A DNA stretch of 64,000 nt from Octopus vulgaris (GCA_951406725.2 OX597830.1:10788001-10852000); one strand, 5' to 3'. Counted from the stretch's first letter, positions 1-10,900 are shown. Numbers and translations: made by a program. Notes: generated from the sequence alone by a model not told the origin.

Positions 1-235
1 CCCCACTTGGACGGGACGCCGGTCCGTCGCAGGTGAGCTGCAAGATGCAGGAGGAAAGTGTGAGAGAAAGTTGTGGCGAAAGAGTCAGCAGAAGTTTTGC
101 CATTATCTTCTGCCGGAGCCGCATGGAGCTTTGGTGTTTTCACTCACAAACACACACATCGCCCGGTCTGAAATTCGAACCGGCGATCCATCGACCACAT
201 GTCTGCTGCTCTAACCACTAGGCCATGTGCCTCCA
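1..235 (-). mobile_element. tRNA-derived SINE with V-SINE-like domain (5' part; cut by window edge)
   Basis: Reverse complement reads GGAGGCACATGGCCTAGTGGTTAGAGC...GGTTCGAATTTC (A/B boxes) and CCTGCGACGGACCGGCGTCCCGTCC; near-identical to the + copy at 52074-52376. Confidence 0.8.
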
Positions 236-314
236 ACAAGCATGTCATCAGTTACGACAATAACGACAGCTGCAACATGAACATCAATAAGAACTGGCAG
301 TCTGTCAGGAAATT

Positions 315-1250
315 GATGTTTAAGTGGTCGAGTACTCCACAGACATGCATACCTTTAACTTAGTTCTCAGGGTGATTTAGTGTGACAGAGAATGTGACAA
401 GGCTGGCCCTTGCAGGTGAAACTCATTTTTGCTAGATGAGTGGAGTGATGTGGAATAAAGTGTCTTGCTCAAGGACACAAAGAACCCTTGAGAATCGAAG
501 TCATGAGCTTACGATCATGTGCCAAATACCCTAACCACTAAGCTCTGTGTCTTCACAAATTAACATGTAGATGGCTGAGTACACCACAGACACGCATTCA
601 CTTAAAGCAGTTCTCAGGGAGATTCAGTGTGACACACAATGTAACAAGGTTGACCCTTTGCAATTACCGGTACAAACCATTTTTGCGAGCTGAGTGGAAT
701 CGATCTCATGACCTTACAATTGGGAGCCAAATACTCTAACCATTAAACTACGTTTCTTCACAAATTAACATGCAAATGGCTGAGTACTCCGCAGACATGT
801 ATGCACTTAATGTAGTTTTTAGAGAGATTCAGCGTGTCACACAATGTGACATGTGATAAGGCAGCGAGCTGGCAGAAGCGTTAGCACACTGGGCGAAACA
901 CTTAGCGTTACGTTCTGAGTTCAAATTCTGCCAAGGTCGACTTTGCCTTTCATCCTTTCGGAGTCGATAAATTAAGTACCAGTTGCGCACTGGAGTCGAT
1001 CTAATCGACTTAATCCCTTTGTCTGTCCTTGTTTGTCCCCTCTATGTTTAGCCCCTTGTGGGCAATAAAGAAATAAGAATGTGACATGGCTGGTCCCTTC
1101 GAATTACAGGTACTCATTTTTGCCAGCTGGGAGGAGTGGGGCAATGTGAAATAACGTGTCTTGCTCAAGGACTGAATGCACCACCAGGAACTGAACACAT
1201 GACCTTACAATCATGTGCCAAATGCCCTTACCACAGAGCCACATGGCTTC
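315..1250 (-). mobile_element. Three degenerate tandem copies of a CORE-like tRNA SINE
   Basis: Recurring GAGTACTCCACAGACA...GTGTCTTGCTCAAGGAC...CCCTAACCAC blocks; homologous to the + copy at 25697-26000; third copy interrupted by a SINE at 859-1077. Confidence 0.65.
859..1077 (+). mobile_element. SINE family B (MetaSINE-like domain)
   Basis: GGCAGCGAGCTGGCAGAA head; GACTTTGCCTTTCATCCTTTCGGAGTCGATAAATTAAGTACCAG core; flanking direct repeat AATGTGACATG at 843-853 and 1078-1088. Confidence 0.8.
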
Positions 1251-1305
1251 ATGAACATCAGTAGCAGGAACAACGTATCAGCTACATGGACAACAACAAC
1301 ACCAG

Positions 1306-1480
1306 TGGAGGCGCAATGGCCCAGTGGTTAGGGCAGTGGACTCACGGTCGTAAGAATGCAGTTTCGATTCCCAGACTGGGTATTGTGAGTGTTTATTGAG
1401 CAAAAACACCTAAGCTCCACGTGACTCTGGCGGGGGTGTGGGGGTGAACCCCGCTGTACTCTTTCACTCCTTCTTCCTAT
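1306..1480 (+). mobile_element. tRNA-derived SINE 5' fragment
   Basis: TGGCCCAGTGGTTAGGGCAGTGGACTC...TTCGATTCCC; AAACACCTAAGCTCCACG shared with the 52074 family. Confidence 0.6.
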
Positions 1481-1721
1481 TTGTGTCTCAAAACAGAGGA
1501 ACCATGGTGCAACCCACTATGGTATGGTAAACTTTCAGTCCCTAGTCTAGATTGCGAATCCTATGTACCCCAGGATGGTTCAGCTCTCCACCCATTAAAA
1601 GCCACCATTTACGGAATGAGGATAACAACATAGCTTTCACGCCCGTGCAACCGCCAGTCTATCGCATGTGGTGGGTGGAATTAGAGATTATTCTTCGTAG
1701 CTAATGGCGAGAGTCATGATT

Positions 1722-1762
1722 GGAAGGAGAAGAAGAAGAAGAAGAAGTGGAAGAAGTAGTGG

Positions 1763-1793
<31 letters not shown>

Positions 1794-1812
1794 GGAAGAA
1801 AAGGAAGAAAAG

Positions 1813-1853
<41 letters not shown>

Positions 1854-1939
1854 GGAAGAAGAGGAAGAAAAGGAAGAAGAAGAAGAAGAAGAAGAAGAAG
1901 TGGAAGAAGAAGAAGAAAAGGAAGAAGAAGAAGAAGAAG

Positions 1940-1970
<31 letters not shown>

Positions 1971-2068
1971 GGAAGAAGAAGAAGTGGAAGAAGACGAAGA
2001 AAAGGAAGAAGAAGAAGAAGTGGAAGAAGAAGAAGAAGAAGAAGAAGAAGAAGAAGAAGAAGAAGAAA
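1722..2068. repeat. (GAA)n purine-rich simple repeat
   Basis: About 350 bp of GAA with periodic GTG/AAG interruptions; source of the poly-E/R/S ORFs. Confidence 0.95.
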
Positions 2069-2599
2069 ACAACAGCAACAACACCATAACTACAACATGA
2101 ATAAGAACTGCAACAACAACAGCAACAACATCATGACTACAACGGTGATAACCAAGAATAACAACTAGATCGAGCAGAGCAACAAAAACCACCTCCTCGA
2201 CAACGGCAGCAACAATCTCAACACCAACCACATATCGACCTATCAACAACAACAACAACAACAACAACTGTCAAAAGCAACAACAAAACCAACAACAAAC
2301 GACCCACCAGAGCTAAGACATTACATCATAAGAAGTAAGAATGAAATGAGATAAAATGACAATTAAAAGACCATTTCTCTCAGAAGAACTTGAAAGCACT
2401 CTTTATAATTATTTGCAATTTGGTTAATATTTTTGAAAGTTTTCATCCATTTGAATGTTTTTTTTTGTCTGTTTGTCTTTTTTTTTTGTTGTTTTTCTCC
2501 ATATAAAAAGGACATCAAAAAATATGTTGCAATACTTTCAAATTTTAAAAAATGTTTTCCTATCTCTGCTTTTTCTATTACTTTTTCCTTTTTCATTTC

Positions 2600-2616
2600 A
2601 TTATTATTATTATTAT

Positions 2617-2705
<89 letters not shown>
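2600..2705. repeat. (ATT)n-(AGT)n microsatellite
   Basis: Seen directly. Confidence 0.95.
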
Positions 2706-2706
<1 letters not shown>

Positions 2707-2880
2707 GTTGTGGTCGTGAGTAGGCAGAACTGTTAGCGTGCCAGCGCACAAAGTTTCGGGGCATTTCGTCCGTCTTTGCTTTGCTTTGAGTTCAAATTTC
2801 ACCAAAGACGATTTTGCATTTCATCCTTTCAGGGGTCGATTACATAAGTACCAGTTGCTTCATTTGTCCACTCACTCATA

Positions 2881-2913
<33 letters not shown>

Positions 2914-3012
2914 ATGCAAGTGTGTATATGTATATACATGTAACCATATATCTATAAATACACACACACACACATATATATATACATATATGTCTGTTTG
3001 TGTTTGTGCGTA

Positions 3013-3054
<42 letters not shown>

Positions 3055-3075
3055 TACAGAGATAGAGAGAGATAA

Positions 3076-3106
<31 letters not shown>

Positions 3107-3110
3107 GCAC

Positions 3111-3299
3111 GTGTGTACCGTTTTTTTTCCTCCGTCTTCCCTTCTCTGGATCCCTCCTTTTCCTATGTTTCTGACGAAGTGCTCCACTCGAAACGTAAAA
3201 CCCTCCTTCTTCCCTTGCTTCCCTAAGCATCCAATAATACTATATTTGTTCCACGTCCTCGCGCTGTTGTGTATTCTCTTTGTGTTTTCATGTTTGGAT

Positions 3300-3303
<4 letters not shown>
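3111..3303 (+). mobile_element. Short HHR-bearing Penelope-pLTR-like element (family P2)
   Basis: Homologous to 60860-61055; contains an HHR; ends GGATTAAC directly into (TA)n. Confidence 0.65.
3167..3201 (+). ncRNA. Minimal type I hammerhead ribozyme (stem II mismatch)
   Basis: GTTT-CTGACGA-A-GTG-CTCCA-CTC-GAAAC-GT-A-AAAC: stem I GTTT/AAAC, palindromic stem III ACGT. Confidence 0.65.
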
Positions 3304-3352
<49 letters not shown>

Positions 3353-3356
3353 GTAT

Positions 3357-3394
<38 letters not shown>

Positions 3395-3395
3395 G

Positions 3396-3434
<39 letters not shown>

Positions 3435-3452
3435 AGAGAGACACATGCATAC

Positions 3453-3501
<49 letters not shown>

Positions 3502-3882
3502 TGATGAGACCAATGACCATTTCAAAAAGCATTGATTACTTCACAGAAGATGTTTCAACTATTCTCTCTCTGACACTGCCACTCCATTTCGGAACTCCAC
3601 ATCTTCAAAACGACTGGCTCTGACAGAGGTCTTCCCCTTCCTCTCAGATGACGACGGTGAAGTTAATACAAAGTTAAATGGTTGATTAGAAAGAGACGGA
3701 CATCTTCAAATACAAGAAAACTTTGCACTGGGCATTTTTAAAAAATTCTTACAGAAATCTAATATGCGTGTGTGTGTGTGTGTCAATGTGTTAGTGTGTC
3801 TGTCTGTCTGTGTATATACAGGCATACATATATGTGCATGTATACGTGCACACACACATATTCATACATACATATATATATA

Positions 3883-4301
3883 CTCTTTTACTCTTTTACT
3901 CTTTTACTTGTTTCAGTCATTTTAACTGCGGCCATGCTGGAGCACCGCCTTTAGTCGAGCAAATCGACCCCGGGACTTATTCTTTGTAAGCCCAGTACTT
4001 ATTCTATCGGTCTCTTTTGCCGAACCGCTAAGTGACGGGGACGTAAACACACCAGCATCGGTTGTCAAGCAATGCTAGGGGGACAAACACAGCAGACACA
4101 CAAATACACACATACATATATATATATATACATATATACGACAGGCTTCTTTCAGTTTCCGTCTACCAAATCCACTCACAAGGCATTGGTTGGCCTGGGG
4201 CTATAGCAGAAGACACTTGCCCAAGATGCCACGCAGTGGGAGTGAACCCGGGACCATGTGGTTGGTTAGCAAGCTACTTACCACACAGCCACTCCTACGC
4301 C
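3883..4301 (-). mobile_element. SINE family A (dominant tRNA/CORE-like SINE with internal microsatellite)
   Basis: Head GGCGTAGGAGTGGCTGTGTGGTAAG, CORE-like ATCTTGGGCAAGTGTCTT, (GTAAAAGA)n tail. Confidence 0.9.
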
Positions 4302-4384
4302 TATATATATATAAATTTTTTTTTTCCCCGTAATGAGATAAAAAACCAAGGCTGTGTAGATTTTAGAACATTTATAAATAGAAG

Positions 4385-4432
4385 GTCTTACAGCTGTTTC
4401 TAGGATATCCATTATATCCCTTCATCAGAGAC
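4385..4432 (-). ncRNA. Type I hammerhead ribozyme
   Basis: RC: GTCT-CTGATGA-A-GGGATAT-aatgg-ATATCCT-A-GAAAC-AGCT-GT-A-AGAC. Confidence 0.75.
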
Positions 4433-4502
4433 GGTGTAAGAAGATATTTAAGCAATAGTTATCTTATCTAAATTAACTATTGCTTAACCATCTTCTCACA
4501 CC

Positions 4503-4554
4503 GTCTCTGATGAAGGGATATAATTAATTAATATCCTAGAAACAGCTGTAAGAC
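4503..4554 (+). ncRNA. Type I hammerhead ribozyme
   Basis: GTCT-CTGATGA-A-GGGATAT-aattaatta-ATATCCT-A-GAAAC-AGCT-GT-A-AGAC; stem III palindrome ACAGCTGT. Confidence 0.75.
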
Positions 4555-4773
4555 CTTCTATCTATAAATGTTCTAAAATCTACACAGCCTTGGTTTCTTA
4601 TCTCATTACAGAAAAAATTTTTTATATATACGCATGCTGATATAAGACCTATGTTGGCCCCTTATTTGCATAATCACCGAACCTGGAACTCAACTATGGT
4701 CTATCCATAGAACTTATTCAGCATTACCTGACCCCTTTGGGTCTCAATAACACCATTACCTCTCATAACCTTA

Positions 4774-4811
<38 letters not shown>

Positions 4812-4916
4812 CATACACAGTTACACTTCAGCTCATGCTAGCATGTAACATGGATACTAAATGGTGATGAGGCTGATGATATACAAATATATATATGTAT
4901 ATATAAGTACATATAT

Positions 4917-5290
4917 TTTTACTTGTTTCAGTCATTTGACTGTGGCCATGCTGGAGCACCACCTTTAGTGAAGGACATCTATCCCAGGACATATTCTTTG
5001 TAAGCCTAGTACTTATTCTATTGGTCTCTTTTGCTGAACTGCTAAGTTACAGGGACATAAACACACCAGCACTGGTTGTCAAGCTATGGTGAGAGACAAG
5101 CACAGACACAAACATATATATATATATAAATATATATACACAAAATGGGCTTCTTTCAGTTTCTGTCTACCAAATCTACTCACAAGAGTGTGGTCAGCCT
5201 AAGGTTATAGTAGGAGACACCTGTTCAAGGTGCCACACAGTGGGACTGAACCAGGAACCATGTGGTTTGGAAGCAAGCTTCTTACCACAC
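4917..5290 (-). mobile_element. SINE family A (diverged)
   Basis: Same blocks as 3883-4301. Confidence 0.85.
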
Positions 5291-5379
5291 ATTATTTGTG
5301 TAAAGCCAGAAAGATGTGAGAAGATTTAAAGTAAACCATAGAAAGAAAAGACAAAACAAAGTCGTAGTTTTGATTCATG

Positions 5380-5417
5380 TATCCATATTTTGGGGCTATG
5401 ACCCCTTCTTCAGGACA
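5380..5417 (-). ncRNA. Decayed hammerhead motif
   Basis: RC: TGTC-CTGAAGA-A-GGGG-tcatag-CCCC-AAAA-TAT-G-GATA; GAAA mutated to AAAA and G at the cleavage position. Confidence 0.4.
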
Positions 5418-5658
5418 CGTGCAAAAATGATGGAGCAATGACCTTTTCCACCCATTGCTTTCCCACATAACCCTGAACTGTAGAAGTATAAGTAACACTG
5501 AAATTTTGCTTTATTTTCTTTTTGTAGTTTACTTTATATCTTTTTGTATCGTCCTGCTTTATACAACAAATCTATTTAAAGAAATACACACACACACACA
5601 TATACTGACATGTATGCACATAGGCATACAGACATGAATGAATATCTATCTATCCATC

Positions 5659-5711
<53 letters not shown>

Positions 5712-5989
5712 TTAATAAGGGTGAGAGAATTAGATACTAATTTAATAGTATATTTATTCAACACCAAGTGGCCTAGTGCTACGAGAAACCTGGATTACTA
5801 TAATATTTTATAACATATTACAATATTTTTACAAAATAAATATAAGAGAGTGGTCACTATATTGCTCACTCTAGCACCAGTTAATCCAAAAGGTTTCAAC
5901 CACGAAAATACATGTTTCCCATGAAAGTCAGTACGACTGTTAGCTCACACGGACAGGGCAAATAAAAAATAACAAAAATACAGATTATT

Positions 5990-6066
5990 TTGGGACAATT
6001 GTTTCGCTATTAATGAATTAAATGTAATATTACTTACAAAAAATCCATTTGTAGCTCGTCAGCCAA
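5990..6066 (-). ncRNA. Type I hammerhead ribozyme (array unit 1)
   Basis: RC: TTGG-CTGACGA-GCTA...TAGC-GAAAC-AATT-GTC-CCAA; canonical core with GUC site. Confidence 0.85.
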
Positions 6067-6523
6067 GACTATCTGGATGAAATCCACTCAATCACACGCC
6101 AGATTTTACCATAACGATAAATACGCGTGTGGTTCAATTGATTACATCCGACGTTATAATTCAAATGCCCCAACCAACAGCGCGCCAAACTCTCACGGAA
6201 AACAAATACAGCATTTAGAAATAAATGCAGCATAATTATAATTAATTAATAAGGGTGAGAGAATTAGATACTAATTTAATAGTATATTTATTCAACACCA
6301 AGTGGCCTAGTGCTACGAGAAACCTGGATTACTATAATATTTTATAACATATTACAATATTTTTACAAAATAAATATAAGAGAGTGGTCACTATATTGCT
6401 CACTCTAGCACCAGTTAATCCAAAAGGTTTCAACCACGAAAATACATGTTTCCCATGAAAGTCAGTACGACTGTTAGCTCACACGGACAGGGCAAATAAA
6501 AAATAACAAAAATACAGATTATT

Positions 6524-6601
6524 TTGGGACAATTGTTTCGCTATTAATGAATTAAATGTAATATTACTTACAAAAAAATCCATTTGTAGCTCGTCAGCCA
6601 A
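6524..6601 (-). ncRNA. Type I hammerhead ribozyme (array unit 2)
   Basis: As unit 1, with one extra base in the stem II insert. Confidence 0.85.
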
Positions 6602-7044
6602 GACTATCTGGATGAAATCCACTCAATCACACGCCAGATTTTACCATAACGATAAATACGCGTGTGGTTCAATTGATTACATCCGACGTTATAATTCAAA
6701 TGCCCCAACCAACAGCGCGCCAAACTCTCACGGAAAACAAATACAGCATTTAGAAATAAATGCAGCATAATTATAATTAATTAATAAGGGTGAGAGAATT
6801 AGATACTAATTTAATAGTATATTTATTCAACACCAAGTGGCCTAGTGCTACGAGAAACCTGGATTACTATAATATTTTATAACATATTACAATATTTTTA
6901 CAAAATAAATATAAGAGAGTGGTCACTATATTGCTCACTCTAGCACCAGTTAATCCAAAAGGTTTCAACCACGAAAATACATTATAGTAATCCAGGTTTC
7001 TCGTAGCACTAGGCCACTTGGTGTTGAATAAATATACTATTAAA

Positions 7045-7431
7045 TCTCTCTCTATATAAACGGCAGTTTGTCTGTGCGTTTTCTGTGTGTCTGTTTTCTC
7101 GTACCCTCACTCTGACCACGGCTTTCAACCGATTCTGATGAAACTTGACACACACATAGCCCAATGTCATAATTCAAAACTAACGCAGCGAAAATTTTGA
7201 AAAGTTCCCCCAGTTCTGAAAAAAGTCGATAAATTCGACATGGGGTCGAGAATCAGAAACCCAAACCACAGACCGTCTAGAGGACGCAACTCCACCTTTT
7301 TTAACTCTCAAAAAAAAATTTACCATCATTTTTTTTTTCCATTTTTTTGCTATTTTTTGGCTATAACTCTCTAAAAATGCTTTATAGTTATTTCCCTTAC
7401 AAACCTGAGCAACGCCGGGCGATACTGCTAG
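7045..7431 (+). mobile_element. Non-autonomous Helitron
   Basis: 5' TC, 3' hairpin CCTGAGCAACGCCGGG then CTAG; inserted between A and T of ATTAAA|TTAGTATCT with no TSD (empty site visible at 7961-7975). Confidence 0.9.
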
Positions 7432-7639
7432 TTAGTATCTAATTCTCTCACCCTTATTAATTAATTATAATTATGCTGCATTTATTTCTAAATGCTGTAT
7501 TTGTTTTCCGTGAGAGTTTGGCGCGCTGTTGGTTGGGGCATTTGAATTATAACGTCGGATGTAATCAATTGAACCACACGCGTATTTATCGTTATGGTAA
7601 AATCTGGCGTGTGATTGAGTGGATTTCATCCAGATAGTC

Positions 7640-7717
7640 TTGGCTGACGAGCTACAAATGGATTTTTTTGTAAGTAATATTACATTTAATTCATTAATAG
7701 CGAAACAATTGTCCCAA
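7640..7717 (+). ncRNA. Type I hammerhead ribozyme (inverted arm, inner)
   Basis: TTGG-CTGACGA-GCTA...TAGC-GAAAC-AATT-GTC-CCAA; predicted cleavage after C7713; distal stem I helix CAGAT/ATCTG. Confidence 0.85.
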
Positions 7718-8174
7718 AATAATCTGTATTTTTGTTATTTTTTATTTGCCCTGTCCGTGTGAGCTAACAGTCGTACTGACTTTCATGGGAAACATGTATT
7801 TTCGTGGTTGAAACCTTTTGGATTAACTGGTGCTAGAGTGAGCAATATAGTGACCACTCTCTTATATTTATTTTGTAAAAATATTGTAATATGTTATAAA
7901 ATATTATAGTAATCCAGGTTTCTCGTAGCACTAGGCCACTTGGTGTTGAATAAATATACTATTAAATTAGTATCTAATTCTCTCACCCTTATTAATTAAT
8001 TATAATTATGCTGCATTTATTTCTAAATGCTGTATTTGTTTTCCGTGAGAGTTTGGCGCGCTGTTGGTTGGGGCATTTGAATTATAACGTCGGATGTAAT
8101 CAATTGAACCACACGCGTATTTATCGTTATGGTAAAATCTGGCGTGTGATTGAGTGGATTTCATCCAGATAGTC

Positions 8175-8251
8175 TTGGCTGACGAGCTACAAATGGATTT
8201 TTTGTAAGTAATATTACATTTAATTCGTTAATAGAGAAACAATTGTCCCAA
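8175..8251 (+). ncRNA. Type I hammerhead ribozyme (inverted arm, outer; stem II closing pair broken)
   Basis: Same motif, but TAGC-GAAAC is changed to TAGA-GAAAC at 8235. Confidence 0.75.
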
Positions 8252-8402
8252 AATAATCTGTATTTTTGTTATTTTTTATTTGCCCTGTCCGTGTGAGCTA
8301 ACAGTCGTACTGACTTTCATGGGAAACATGTATTTTCGTGGTTGAAACCTTTTGGATTAACTGGTGCTAGAGTGAGCAATATAGTGACCACTCTCTTATA
8401 TT

Positions 8403-8448
<46 letters not shown>

Positions 8449-8554
8449 ATGCTCATACTTTTCTTTAATATTGTTAAATATCATCAATTATTTATAAAGT
8501 ATAGTGTAATTAGAACGTCTTCATCTATGTTGTAAATTTATTTTATGATATTGA

Positions 8555-8647
8555 GACCTGAAGAGTGGCTACAGTTGGATCAAAGAAATATTAATTTTTG
8601 ATTATCGATTATAGATTTGTATATATAGTCACGAAATGCACGCCGTC
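8555..8647 (+). ncRNA. Decayed hammerhead motif
   Basis: GAC-CTGAAGA-GTGGCTA...TAGTCAC-GAAA-TGCACGCC-GTC; 7-bp stem II intact; stem III and cleavage site mutated, consistent with CpG decay of ACGCGCGTC. Confidence 0.6.
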
Positions 8648-8824
8648 GCTTTAATGTGTGTTTTTAATGAATATAATTTAGTATAGAAATTTTTAGCATG
8701 ATATTAATAATAAAGTTGCTTTAATGTGTAGAAATTTTTAGTACAACATTAATAATAATATATTTAAATTTATATAATATCTTTCAGTATTAATTGAATT
8801 ACTTTATAGAGGTTCTATCTCTTA

Positions 8825-8870
<46 letters not shown>

Positions 8871-8971
8871 TTAATTAATAATATAACAATAAAAGAATGA
8901 ATGAGACCTCGATATTATGTAAATAAAGGAATTTATCTATAAATATATGTGAAAATTAGTTGGTTGTCATA

Positions 8972-9030
8972 ATAAAACTCAGAGTTTCAGATACCGGGGC
9001 TGAAGTCTGCTCCAGCATCTCATCAGTTAA
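8972..9030 (-). ncRNA. Type I hammerhead motif (variant)
   Basis: RC: TAA-CTGATGA-GATGCTGG...CCGGTATC-T-GAAAC-TCTGA-GT-T-TTA. Confidence 0.65.
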
Positions 9031-9364
9031 TAAGACAAACACTATGAAAACCGTTGAATAAAGAGAAATTACTTCAATAGGCAAGGTGAAAGTAGTACTT
9101 CATTCATAGAATCCGCATATGCACACATATACACACACACACAGAGACATGTATGTATATATACCTATATACATACTCACACACGCATGTACATATACAT
9201 GCAAACACACATATATACATATATATGTCTGTGCATACACACATATACACACACGTATATACCCATGCATGCATCATTATGCTCATATACACATCTCTAC
9301 ATGCACACACACATACATACGCAGATATACAAAACATAGTTTATACGCACATATATGTATGTAC

Positions 9365-9716
9365 GAGCATGATCGTTGACAGAGCAGCTAACCAGTGACA
9401 CATAAAAGGCACCATTCGAATGTGATCGTTGCTAGCTTCGCCTTACTGGCACTTGTGCCCCGTGCTAGTAGGGTGCTAAAAGCACCATTCGAGCATGATC
9501 GTTACCAGAGCGGCTAACTGGCTTCTGTGCTGGTGGCATGTAAAAGCACCCACTACACTCTCAGAGTGGTTGGCATTAGGAAGGGCACCCAGCTGTAGAA
9601 AGTCTGCCAGATCAAGACTGGAGCTTGGTGCAGCCATCTGGTTTGCCAGCCCACAGTCAAACCATCCAACCCATGCTAGCATGGAAAGCGGACGTTAAAC
9701 AACGACGATGATGATG
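9365..9716 (+). mobile_element. SINE family E (RTE-like 3' end, (GAT)n tail)
   Basis: TGGTTGGCATTAGGAAGGGCACCCAGCTGTAGAAA...CCAACCCATGCTAGCATGGAAAGCGGACGTTAAAC(GAT)n. Confidence 0.75.
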
Positions 9717-10209
9717 TATGTACATAATCGCGCACACACATATATACATATCTAGATACACGTGTAGTCAAACATATATAAAAACACATGCATCCAAGCA
9801 TTCTACAGCCAGTTTATAGGGTTTATTCTTTCAAACTCCAATTCTGAAACCCTTCCTGTTACACTTTTAGGACCAAAGTCATTGCCCCTTTTAATTTACA
9901 AAACATAATTAAAGAAAAAAAAACCATGACAAAAGATAATCTAGATAGAGACTGCCACCTGCAACAATAGCGCCTTGGATGGGATTTCTCAAATTCTTCC
10001 AAATTCTATCTACAGACAATCAAAATTTTTAGGTGTTTGTTTGTTTTACCTTGAAAATGTAAGTCAGTTTGTTAAGTTTGTCCCCCATAATAAGGATGCC
10101 ATTGCTTGCGTTTTGTTGCGTTTTTGGTAGACCAGTTTCCATTCATGAAAATAAGCAATTAAACCAAACAGGGAGAAACAAATGAAGTCTAAGAGACAAT
10201 GACATCAAG

Positions 10210-10712
10210 GGGAAGGAAGAAAGGAAAGGAAGAGAGAAAGGAAGGAATGGAGGGAGGAAGGAAGGAAGGAAGGAAGGAAGGAAGGAAGGAAGGAAGGAAG
10301 GAAGGAAGAAGTGAATGCAAGAAAGAAAGAGAGAGAGAGAGAGAGACAGATAAATAAACAGATAGATGCGCATAGACAAACAGACAGACAGACAGACAAC
10401 TGGTTAAATGGAGAAGACAGACAGACAGGCATGGAGACAAATAAATGATTAAATAGCCAGAAAGTGAGACAAATAGATGAGTTAAGAGATGTATGTATGT
10501 GTGTGTGTGTATGTATGTGTATATATGTGTGTGTATGTATGTGTGTGTATGTATATATACACACATATATATATACATATATAGACATATATCTACATAT
10601 ATAAATGCATACACACAGACATATACATGCATACATATACAGATATATATGCATACACACACGTGTGTGTGTGTCTATATATATATATATATGTGTGTGT
10701 GTGTATTTATAT

Positions 10713-10763
<51 letters not shown>

Positions 10764-10799
10764 AACAGACAGATTGATAAATATACAGATTGATAGATT

Positions 10800-10849
<50 letters not shown>

Positions 10850-10900
10850 CAGATAGCTAGAAGGATACCCACATACATACATACACATACACACACAAAC
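10210..10900. repeat. Compound microsatellites (GGAA, GA, GACA, TA/TG, GATA)
   Basis: Seen directly. Confidence 0.9.

Larger units (their letters stand above)
4330..4609. repeat. Fold-back inverted repeat (about 130-bp arms), one HHR per arm
   Basis: GTAATGAGATA...CAAGGCTGTGTAGATTTTAGAACATTTATA... at 4330-4461 is the reverse complement of 4474-4609. Confidence 0.9.
5703..8408. mobile_element. HHR-bearing 534/535-bp tandem array folded back into a large palindrome (retrozyme or Penelope pLTR-like)
   Basis: Unit marker AAGGGTGAGA at 5717, 6251 and 6786; inversion junction at 6981; arms 5833-6873 and 6981-8408 (excluding the Helitron) are both 1041 bp; flanked by (TA)n on both sides. Confidence 0.9.

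Noticed and set aside
1701-2267. Poly-E/R/S ORFs
   Set aside because: Translations of a (GAA)n repeat; no complex flanking coding sequence or splice signals seen.
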